A program made the translations under genes and the position numbers. The notes under the pieces were generated by a model. That model ran no database searches and had not been told where the DNA came from. It worked only from the letters and a program-made list of their open reading frames with translations. DNA of 53,433 bases, filler included, from Nitrospiraceae bacterium (GTDB lineage: Bacteria > Nitrospirota > Nitrospiria > Nitrospirales > UBA2166): assembly GCA_002726235.1 (NCBI GenBank). It is 3 parts of 3 records of this genome, joined end to end, with 100 filler letters (N's around TTAATTAATTAA, not from the genome) between each part and the next. Parts side by side here need not be neighbours in the genome. Positions count along the whole stretch, not along the records: positions 43,366 to 53,433 come from PBSN01000027.1; 2 more parts are not named here. One strand, given 5' to 3'. The stretch's first letter is position 1. The number at the start of each line of letters is the position of its first letter. Shown one piece after another: positions 45,770 through 53,433 of the stretch.

Positions 45770-48574
45770 TTATTTTTCGGGTATCTCAGGTTTCGTCGTG
45801 TCCCCTTTGGGAGCATGTGCGGTGCTTGGGAGCCCATGTTTTTCTAACGTGACTGGGCCGGATTTGAACGCGGGAACGCCAGTCACCGCATCTGTCGTGC
45901 AGGCGATTAAATCCTTGAGTGAAGGATTGGAAAAATGTTCTGGGAAGAAGGTTAGGCCTGTGGGCAATGAGTCATCGACTCGAAAGGACATTTCAACACA
46001 TCCAGTCGGCGAACTTATTTTTACGCTGTCGGCTTCACCTAATCCCAGCGATTCGATATCGTTCTGGCTGAGATGAAGACTGCCATGATTGGGATACATG
46101 GTCAGTAGAGCAGACGAGCGTGTTGAAAGTTTTCCTGAGTGGTAAATAATCTGACCCAGAGTGAGTATCGGTGATTTTCCTGTCGGTGTCCCTTGTGGAT
46201 TAGCATATCGTGCACTGACGTTTGCAGCATATCCATTGCGCAGATAAGACAAGAGGTTGGGTGCAGGTTTCTCTTTCCGCTCTTTTGAAAAATAGCTAGG
46301 AATAAGTCTTTCAATGTCGTGAAGAACATCCTGCGGTCCTTCATATTCCATTGTGTGTCCCAAGCCATGCGCAATTACGGCGAAAACTTCCCAGTCTGGC
46401 CGTGAGTCTTCCTTGGGTTGGAGCGCTTCGTTGAGCGGCCCGATTCGTCCCCAGAAGTTCGTCATCGACCCAACTTTCTCGGCATACGAGCATGCAGGAA
46501 AGACGACGTGCGCTAATTTCGCAGTCTCTGTCATGAACAGGTCTTGGCAAATCAGGAATTCAACGTTTTCCAAAGCTTCCCGTACTTTTGACGAAGCTGG
46601 CAATGTTGCAAGCGGGTTTTCCCCTACGATATACAACGCTTTAATCTGACCGTTGCGGCATCGATCAAGAATTTCCATCAGTGATGCGCCGGAATTTTCG
46701 GGTGGGAGCTCACAACCCCACGCCACGCCACATCGCGTGCGTGCTTCAGCATCACTGAATGCAACTTGCCCAGGAAGTAGTTCTGGTGCGACACCCATGT
46801 CGACCGCACCTTGCTCATTCGCTTCTTCCGGAAGACAGGTGATGCCAGAACCTGGTTTTAGTAGCGCGCCGGTTAGCCAGGCCAGATCGATAAGATTGAG
46901 CATGGCGGTATAACCACCTGCACGCATGCTAACGCCCTCTGCACACAAAATTACCGTTCGCGGTGATTGCGTGAGGATTGTTGCGACATCAACGATCGTA
47001 TCAACATCGATATTCGTTTTCACTGCTATCGCTTCCAAGGACATTGTCTCTAGTGCGGCTTTAATTGCCTTCAGCGCCTCGGGGTACGGAGCCGTGGCAT
47101 CTTTGTCAAAAAGGTCACGTTCGATTAGCGCCTTGATCAAGCCAGTGACAAACCAATTCTCTGTTTCAGGGTGCAGTCGAAGGTGATGGACATTATCAAA
47201 CTCCAACTTGGCAAGATGTGTTGTCCGTGGATTTGCAATAAAAACATTAGATTTGTAGACGCGGATTGCCTCTTTGACGCGTAGCCCCGTAATCGGGTGT
47301 GTTTCCGTAATGTCCGAGCCGATGAGTAAAATTGCCTTTGCTTTGGTGATTTCCTCGAATGAATTCATCGAGCAGCTTAACCCAGTTGCGTCGCGCATAG
47401 CACGAACGAAATTCATATGCCCGTAGCGGGCACTACTGTCGATGTTATTGGTGCCCAGCGCACCTCGCATGAGACGCTGAAACACATAGAGGTCTTCATT
47501 TGTGCAGCGTGCGGTGATCAGACCGGCAATTGCTTGTCCTCCGTGCTTGGACTTGATGTCCGCAAGTTTCCTGACGGTTTCATCGATTGCATTTATCCAT
47601 GGGGTTGGGGCATGGATGTCTGCTTTTTGTGAAGAATGGCGAACAAGCGGTTGCTTCAATCGCGCTGTGTGATCGACATAGTGAAACCCGAAGCGTCCAC
47701 GCACGCAAATTCCGCCATGCCCTTGCGCTGTCGTTTCGCGATCCCCCCACTTATTCTTCCACGAAAGCGCGGATCGCACACGAACTACTTTCTCGTCTTT
47801 GGTGTCAAGGAAAGTTTCACAGCCATCCGCACAATATGTACATGTTGTTGTGGTTGTTTTCAGTTGCCATGGCTTATAGATGTATTTTGCAAATTTGTTA
47901 GTGATTGCACCAACTGGGCATACCGCTAAGCAATCTCCGCAAAACTCGCAATGCAATGGCACGTCGCCTTTGGCAACGACCTGCTGAGCCCCGTTTTTCT
48001 TGAGAAACTGGAGGGCTCCGGTTTTGAATTTGCCTTTCTCGTTCTTTGCCGGATTGATCATCTGAACATCTTCACAGATGTTGATACACTCGCCACACAC
48101 AATGCAGCGCTCCATATTAAAATCGAGCACGAGACTTCGTGTATCTTCGGGAATTACCTTTCGTTTGACATCAATCAGGTTTGTGATCTCGTGGCCAAAT
48201 GCCATGTCTTGGAGTTCGCATCTTCCATCAGCATCGCATACGGGACAATCAAGGGGATGCGTCGAAAGGTGCTTAGAAACAGCTTTCTTGCGAGCCTCAA
48301 ATAGATCAGGAGTCTCAGTGGTCACAACCATGTCAGCCTGCACTTTGGCGGTACAGGAACGAACTGGCGCCTTTTTCCCTTCGACTGTGACAAGACAAAC
48401 CCCGCATGATCCAAACGGATCAAAGGTGTAGTGGTAACACATGGCTGCGATCCTTTTGCCCTGCTTTGAAATGACATCATAGAGCGAGATGCCTGGCTTG
48501 GCGTGTACGACCTCACCGTCGATCGTCAACTCGACAGGTTCGACTTCAACATCGGGGTTGGTTACAGGTTTCAT
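45770..48574 (-). CDS. nuoG: NADH-quinone oxidoreductase subunit G
   Basis: GSCGVCLV, HPLDCPVCDADGRCELQD, CIVCGECINIC, CEFCGDCLAVCPVGA, CTYCADGC, followed by molybdopterin-enzyme-like domains. Confidence 0.9.
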   Translation of the reverse strand: MKPVTNPDVEVEPVELTIDGEVVHAKPGISLYDVISKQGKRIAAMCYHYTFDPFGSCGVCLVTVEGKKAPVRSCTAKVQADMVVTTETPDLFEARKKAVSKHLSTHPLDCPVCDADGRCELQDMAFGHEITNLIDVKRKVIPEDTRSLVLDFNMERCIVCGECINICEDVQMINPAKNEKGKFKTGALQFLKKNGAQQVVAKGDVPLHCEFCGDCLAVCPVGAITNKFAKYIYKPWQLKTTTTTCTYCADGCETFLDTKDEKVVRVRSALSWKNKWGDRETTAQGHGGICVRGRFGFHYVDHTARLKQPLVRHSSQKADIHAPTPWINAIDETVRKLADIKSKHGGQAIAGLITARCTNEDLYVFQRLMRGALGTNNIDSSARYGHMNFVRAMRDATGLSCSMNSFEEITKAKAILLIGSDITETHPITGLRVKEAIRVYKSNVFIANPRTTHLAKLEFDNVHHLRLHPETENWFVTGLIKALIERDLFDKDATAPYPEALKAIKAALETMSLEAIAVKTNIDVDTIVDVATILTQSPRTVILCAEGVSMRAGGYTAMLNLIDLAWLTGALLKPGSGITCLPEEANEQGAVDMGVAPELLPGQVAFSDAEARTRCGVAWGCELPPENSGASLMEILDRCRNGQIKALYIVGENPLATLPASSKVREALENVEFLICQDLFMTETAKLAHVVFPACSYAEKVGSMTNFWGRIGPLNEALQPKEDSRPDWEVFAVIAHGLGHTMEYEGPQDVLHDIERLIPSYFSKERKEKPAPNLLSYLRNGYAANVSARYANPQGTPTGKSPILTLGQIIYHSGKLSTRSSALLTMYPNHGSLHLSQNDIESLGLGEADSVKISSPTGCVEMSFRVDDSLPTGLTFFPEHFSNPSLKDLIACTTDAVTGVPAFKSGPVTLEKHGLPSTAHAPKGDTTKPEIPEK

Positions 48575-48758
48575 CGCAGTGAGGGGAGTATTGACAAATT
48601 CAAAGGTTTCTCAAATTGGCAAGAGTTAGGAGACACTACAAAAATACCAAGAGAATATAAGGCTCTTCAAAAAATAACCGCGCGGTAAGGTGCAAGAGGC
48701 GTGGGTGAACACGACAAAGAACTGAGGACGCCGCTACTGGCGTTTTGCCCTAGGCCCA

Positions 48759-50039
48759 TTAACGGTCACACTCTCCCATCACGACATCATAGGTACCAAA
48801 GATCGTGACGGAATCTGAAATCATATATCCTTTACACATGTGGTCAAATGCTCCCATGTGGATGAACGAAGGCGCCCGAATCTTCATGCGATAAGGCCGC
48901 GAGTCTCCATCGCTCACGATGTAAAATCCGAGTTCGCCCTTGTGGGCTTCGGTGCCACAGTAGATTTCTCCTTTCGGCGCCTTGAAGCCTTCAGAAAAGA
49001 GTTTGAACTGCTGAATCATGTTCTCAAGGCTGGTAAGCACACGGTCTTTTGTCGGGAGAGTCACGCTCGGTCGTTTGGCCATGATCTGATTGCGAGGATC
49101 GTCGGCTGGAAGTTGGTCAAGCTCTTTGAGATGATCAAGGCACTGCCTGATGATTTTGACACTCTCTCTCATCTCTTCCATACGAATCCAGTATCGATCG
49201 TATGTGTCGCCATTTGTGCCGACAGGAACCTTCCACTCGACTTTGTCATAGGCCGCATAGGGTTCATACTTGCGCAGGTCATAATCGACCCCCGATCCTC
49301 GGAGTGGCGGACCACTCATCCCAAAGCTAATGGCGTCTTCAGCTGAAATCACTGCCACGCCTTTCGTCCTTGCAAGCCAGATCCGATTTTTTTCGAGAAA
49401 GATCATGTACTCATCGATTTTTGGAGGAAAGTAATCGAGATATTCGCGCATCGTCTCGACAAGAGATGGAGAGAGATCTCGCTCGACACCTCCGATGCGA
49501 TACCAACTCGTGGTTAGACGAGCACCACACAGTCGTTCAAACCAATCGAGCAGAATTTCGCGATCACGAAAAGTGTAGAAGAAAACCGTCATTGCACCAA
49601 GGTCCAAAGCCTGGGTTCCAAGCCAGAACTGGTGTCCGATGATTCTCTGGATTTCCGCGACGATGGTTCGAAGGTATTCCGCACGTTCTGGAACTTGCAG
49701 ATTAATCAGCTTTTCGACCGCTCGAACATACGCAAAGTTGTTGTACATGGCACAGACATAGTCTAGCCGGTCGGTATGTGGGATAAACTGATGATATGTG
49801 CCATGCTCGGCGAGCTTTTCAACCCCGCGATGCAAATATCCCATTACAGGAGTAGCCTTGATGATGCGCTCGCCTTCCAGATCCAAGACGACCTTGAGTA
49901 CCCCGTGAGTGGCAGGGTGTTGCGGTCCCATGTTGAGCATCAGTTCTTCAGTGCGAAGAACGGGAAGGGCAGGATCTTTAGGACGATTTGGGTCGACCCG
50001 ATATACAGTGTCTCGCTGGTCTTGAAGGCCTTGGGACAT
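48759..50039 (-). CDS. nuoD: NADH-quinone oxidoreductase subunit D
   Basis: LNMGPQHPATHGVL, GYLHRGVEK, DRLDYV, GARLT, KGELG, KIRAPSF, GECDR. Confidence 0.97.
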   Translation of the reverse strand: MSQGLQDQRDTVYRVDPNRPKDPALPVLRTEELMLNMGPQHPATHGVLKVVLDLEGERIIKATPVMGYLHRGVEKLAEHGTYHQFIPHTDRLDYVCAMYNNFAYVRAVEKLINLQVPERAEYLRTIVAEIQRIIGHQFWLGTQALDLGAMTVFFYTFRDREILLDWFERLCGARLTTSWYRIGGVERDLSPSLVETMREYLDYFPPKIDEYMIFLEKNRIWLARTKGVAVISAEDAISFGMSGPPLRGSGVDYDLRKYEPYAAYDKVEWKVPVGTNGDTYDRYWIRMEEMRESVKIIRQCLDHLKELDQLPADDPRNQIMAKRPSVTLPTKDRVLTSLENMIQQFKLFSEGFKAPKGEIYCGTEAHKGELGFYIVSDGDSRPYRMKIRAPSFIHMGAFDHMCKGYMISDSVTIFGTYDVVMGECDR

Positions 50040-50253
50040 AGATGAATTTGGGCTCCTTAATTGGCTCGCAAAACCCCCATGGTATACAGGGTTGTCTACT
50101 CTCGCAAGAGGGGAAAAGTCCTATTGTTGATAGTGGGCCAAAAGTGCTACATAGGTTACTGCTATAAACTGTTGCCACATCAGCATATTTCCCCTTTTCG
50201 AGTTGCATCCTCTCTGATAAGCTGTTCGGCACTGCTGATCATTGTGGAGCATT

Positions 50254-51894
50254 ATGCGTCGCCTAAAAATCACTATTCTTGATCTCCTGACCAAAGGTCC
50301 AACCACAAGTCTTTACGCACGGGTCATGAATCAGAATCTCGCCAGTATTATGCCTCAGGTGGTTGCAGTGTGGTGTGAGCAGATGGGTCACGATGTTCAA
50401 TTCATTTGTTACACTGGTTTAGAAGATCTCAACAGCGAGCTACAGCGTGATGCAGATCTCTTATTTATCGCGGCATTTACCCGTTCGGCCGAACTCTCCT
50501 ACGCCATTAGCAGTTCTTTCAGACAGCAAGGAGCTGTGACTGTGTTGGGCGGACCTCATGCACGGTGCTACCCGCAGGACGCGGCACGTTACTTCGACTA
50601 TGTTGTGGGTTTTACTGACAAAGCGTTGATTGGAGATATCATCCGAGATTGTGAACCACATCGACCCATCGGGCAACAGCTCAGTGTAGCTCAACAACCG
50701 CGTGAACTGCCTGGGGTCAAGGAACGGTGGAAATTTATTGAGCCTACCATCAGTAAAGCACCTACATCCTTCAAAATTATTCCCATGATCGGAAGTATGG
50801 GCTGTCCGTACACCTGCGGTTTTTGTATCGATGCGAACATCGATTTTCAGCAATTGGGCTTTGATCAAATTCGTGAGGATCTTCGGTTTCTGCTTACGAA
50901 AATAGATAGGCCCTGCGTTGCGTGGCATGATCCCAACTTCGGCGTAAGCTTCAACCAGTACATGGGAGTCATCGAGGACACTATTGCACCTGATTCGATT
51001 GATTTTATTGCTGAAAGCACCTTGTCAATCCTGAGCGAATCGCACCTCAGACGGATGCAGAGAAACGGATTCAAAGCCGTACTTCCGGGTATTGAATCCT
51101 GGTACGACCACGCGGACAAATCAAGCTCTGGCCGACGGACCGGCCTTGAAAAGGTCAGGCACATCGCTGACCATATCAATTTAGTCCACCAATATATCCC
51201 CTACACCCAGTCAAACTTTGTTCTGGGGTTGGACAGCGATGAGGGGCCAGAACCGTTTGAACTGACCAAAGAGTTTCTCAAGCGGGTGCCCGGAACTTTC
51301 CCAGCATTCTCCTTGCTGTCGGCATTTGGCCAAGCTTCGCCATTCAATCTCGATCTGCAACGAGAGGGCAGGGTCCTACCGTTCCCATTCTACTTTCTCG
51401 ACAACAACAAGGCTATGAATGTTCGTCCAAAGAACTATACGTGGCCGGAGTTCTACGATCATCTCGTTGATCTTACTCGTTACGCGTTCTCTTGGCCACG
51501 GATTTCTCGCAGGGTGGTTACAACCAAAGGTTGGGTTCCGAAGTGGTTGAATGTGGTTCGTAGTGTATCGTCCGAGGGATTTGGCCGTCTCAAGTATCAC
51601 ACAACCATTCGCAGGAAACTTGATTCGGATATTGCTTTTCGTCGTTACTTGGAGGGGGAAAGCACCGCACTTCCGGAGTTTTATAAAGAGAAGATTAAAA
51701 AGAAACTGGGCCTATATTGGGAAATGCTACCAGATGGGGCCTTGTCTCACGACCACTTGGCATATCTCAAGACACACGGTCGCATGGCAGATAATCTCGC
51801 TGAACATTCAACCCCAGCAGACACTGATGACGTAACTTCCCGGGGCAATAAAGTGTCAGTGAAACTGTGCGTCCCCCACACGCAGACCACCTAA
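50254..51894 (+). CDS. B12-binding-domain radical SAM protein
   Basis: TVLGGPHA cobalamin-domain motif, GCPYTCGFC CxxxCxxC, DPNF, PGIES, FVLGLDSD. Confidence 0.88.
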   Translation: MRRLKITILDLLTKGPTTSLYARVMNQNLASIMPQVVAVWCEQMGHDVQFICYTGLEDLNSELQRDADLLFIAAFTRSAELSYAISSSFRQQGAVTVLGGPHARCYPQDAARYFDYVVGFTDKALIGDIIRDCEPHRPIGQQLSVAQQPRELPGVKERWKFIEPTISKAPTSFKIIPMIGSMGCPYTCGFCIDANIDFQQLGFDQIREDLRFLLTKIDRPCVAWHDPNFGVSFNQYMGVIEDTIAPDSIDFIAESTLSILSESHLRRMQRNGFKAVLPGIESWYDHADKSSSGRRTGLEKVRHIADHINLVHQYIPYTQSNFVLGLDSDEGPEPFELTKEFLKRVPGTFPAFSLLSAFGQASPFNLDLQREGRVLPFPFYFLDNNKAMNVRPKNYTWPEFYDHLVDLTRYAFSWPRISRRVVTTKGWVPKWLNVVRSVSSEGFGRLKYHTTIRRKLDSDIAFRRYLEGESTALPEFYKEKIKKKLGLYWEMLPDGALSHDHLAYLKTHGRMADNLAEHSTPADTDDVTSRGNKVSVKLCVPHTQTT

Positions 51895-51955
51895 GTTTTG
51901 GTTGGTGCGTTGTGCGTTGGTTTGGGGAGAGGTTATGGCAAAACCCGGATTTTTT

Positions 51956-52444
51956 TTACGGCTTTTCACCGAGAAACTCGAACGTATCGCGCCAGCCTTT
52001 ACCTTGTAGCGGGAAGTCTTTGCGTAGAGGGTACCCTTCAGGGTAGTCGTCAGGAAGGAGGATTCGGCGGAGATCAGGGTGATTGTCGAAACGGATACCC
52101 ATCATGTCAAAGACTTCTCTCTCCATAAATTCGGCCCCTTTCCAGATATCCACCATGGAATCGAGACGCGGGTCGGATTCTGGAATTCGAGTTTTTACTC
52201 GTATGCGGTGACGCTTTGGAATGGAATAGACCTCGTAGACGACTTCAAATCTCTCAGGATCGTTTGGCCAGTCCACGGAACTTACGTGAACCATGTAATC
52301 GCAGGCCATCTCGGGATCGTCGCGGAGAAATTGGCACACCTTGTGGATCGATTCACGTTTGACGCTGGCGGTCACTTCTCCTAGGTATTCCATCATAACG
52401 GCTTCCGGAAATCGTTCTTTTATGCGGGCCGAAAGTGGATGCAT
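51956..52444 (-). CDS. nuoC: NADH-quinone oxidoreductase subunit C
   Basis: SSVDW, RFEVVY, EREVFDMMGIRFDNHPDLRRILLP, PLRKDFP. Confidence 0.96.
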   Translation of the reverse strand: MHPLSARIKERFPEAVMMEYLGEVTASVKRESIHKVCQFLRDDPEMACDYMVHVSSVDWPNDPERFEVVYEVYSIPKRHRIRVKTRIPESDPRLDSMVDIWKGAEFMEREVFDMMGIRFDNHPDLRRILLPDDYPEGYPLRKDFPLQGKGWRDTFEFLGEKP

Positions 52445-52965
52445 TACCCTTCCATGCTGACTTCTTTGGGTTGTTTAGTGAACACTCGGCGACGCATGAT
52501 TTCGTCCTGAAGTTTGAGTATGCCATCGAAGAGTGCTTCTGGCGTTGGTGGACATCCAGGCACATACATGTCAACCGGAACAATGCGATCGACACCTTGG
52601 ACCACAGGATAACTATCGTAAATATTTCCTGAGGTCGCGCACGAGCCCATCGAAATCACATACTTTGGTTCGGGCATCTGGTCGTATACCTTTCGAACCA
52701 CAGGGGCCATGCGACGACAGACAGTTCCGGCGACGATCATCAGGTCTGATTGACGAGGAGTCCCGCGAAAGATACCGGCGCCAAATCGATCCATGTCATA
52801 TCGGGACGATACCGCTGCCATCATCTCAATGGCACAACAGGCCAGCCCAAAGGTCATCGGCCATAGGGATCCTTTTCGAGCCCAATTTACTGCCCGTTCT
52901 AGGGTCAGAGTGATGACTCCAAGATCTCCAGATTTATCCTGTGGTCCGATATGAATTAATCCCAT
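52444..52965 (-). CDS. nuoB: NADH-quinone oxidoreductase subunit B
   Basis: [43 protein letters not shown]. Confidence 0.97.
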   Translation of the reverse strand: MGLIHIGPQDKSGDLGVITLTLERAVNWARKGSLWPMTFGLACCAIEMMAAVSSRYDMDRFGAGIFRGTPRQSDLMIVAGTVCRRMAPVVRKVYDQMPEPKYVISMGSCATSGNIYDSYPVVQGVDRIVPVDMYVPGCPPTPEALFDGILKLQDEIMRRRVFTKQPKEVSMEG

Positions 52966-53339
52966 TCCAATGCCCCTTTCATCCAGGCATAGAAGTAGGC
53001 GACGAAAAACAGACCGATAAAAATCATCATTTCCATCATGCCAATCATCCCGATTTCATTGAATGCTACGGCCCACGGATATAAGAAAATCACTTCGACA
53101 TCGAAGATGACAAATAACATTGCGATGATGTAATACCGAACGGGAAATGGCATTCGAGCATCTGAAATTGGTTCGCTGCCACATTCATAGGTGGTAAGTT
53201 TTTCCGCTTCGGGGTACTTGGGCTGTGCGACGTGGCTGACCAGCAGGGTGCCAGCACCAAACACAAACGCCGCCCCCAAAAATAGGAGGATTGGCAAATA
53301 CTCGGTTAAGTAAGCGATAAGTGAAGGAGAAAGCTCCAT
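52956..53339 (-). CDS. nuoA: NADH-quinone oxidoreductase subunit A
   Basis: [31 protein letters not shown]. Start placed at ATG 53339. Confidence 0.96.
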   Translation of the reverse strand: MELSPSLIAYLTEYLPILLFLGAAFVFGAGTLLVSHVAQPKYPEAEKLTTYECGSEPISDARMPFPVRYYIIAMLFVIFDVEVIFLYPWAVAFNEIGMIGMMEMMIFIGLFFVAYFYAWMKGALEWD

Positions 53340-53433
53340 GGCTAGACAGCATAGCATTGGCCTTTTTTCTGGTGCAAGCGGATAATGGGCCTATGCCGGT
53401 GCAACGTATGGGCATTATTCCCCCCCCCCCCCC

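Noticed and set aside
53419..53433. Terminal poly-C run
   Set aside because: Lies at the sequence end and is most likely a sequencing or assembly artefact.

Overview
The window is not one continuous molecule. It is three contigs joined by two artificial 100-nt spacers (44 N + TTAATTAATTAA + 44 N, at 30363-30462 and 43266-43365). Contig A (1-30362, about 50% GC by eye, bacterial, gene content suggesting Nitrospirota) holds a probable origin-proximal region (parB, parA, mnmG with a perfect parS, a DnaA-box/ATTC-repeat tract), Fe-S/redox genes, a cluster of five to six outer-membrane beta-barrel genes with a lone pstS, and an inorganic-carbon locus: alpha-carbonic anhydrase, USP, a secreted helical-repeat protein, dabA (DUF2309), a NuoL/DabB-like gene and a NuoM-like gene cut by the contig end. 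Contig B (30463-43265, very AT-rich, gene-dense, no introns seen) looks like a giant virus fragment (Nucleocytoviricota, Mimiviridae/Imitervirales-like). It encodes a VIT1/CCC1 transporter, a SAMHD1-like HD protein behind an AAAATTGA motif, a nucleotide-sugar dehydratase, a thioredoxin, a 1328-aa C-terminal-motor kinesin, an Smr protein, a sphingomyelinase-like EEP enzyme and ubiquitin. Contig C (43366-53433, bacterial) is a complex I-like operon nuoA-B-C-D-G-I-J-K followed by an MrpD-like gene. It lacks nuoE/F/H in this segment and is split by an antisense B12-binding radical SAM gene. The best candidate for an undescribed system is the DabA-NuoL-NuoM locus: the transverse helix of the NuoL-like subunit is lengthened by two tandem 26-aa units, which suggests a DAB-type carbon pump with extra antiporter-like subunits. 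All calls come from motif recognition by eye; no searches were run.
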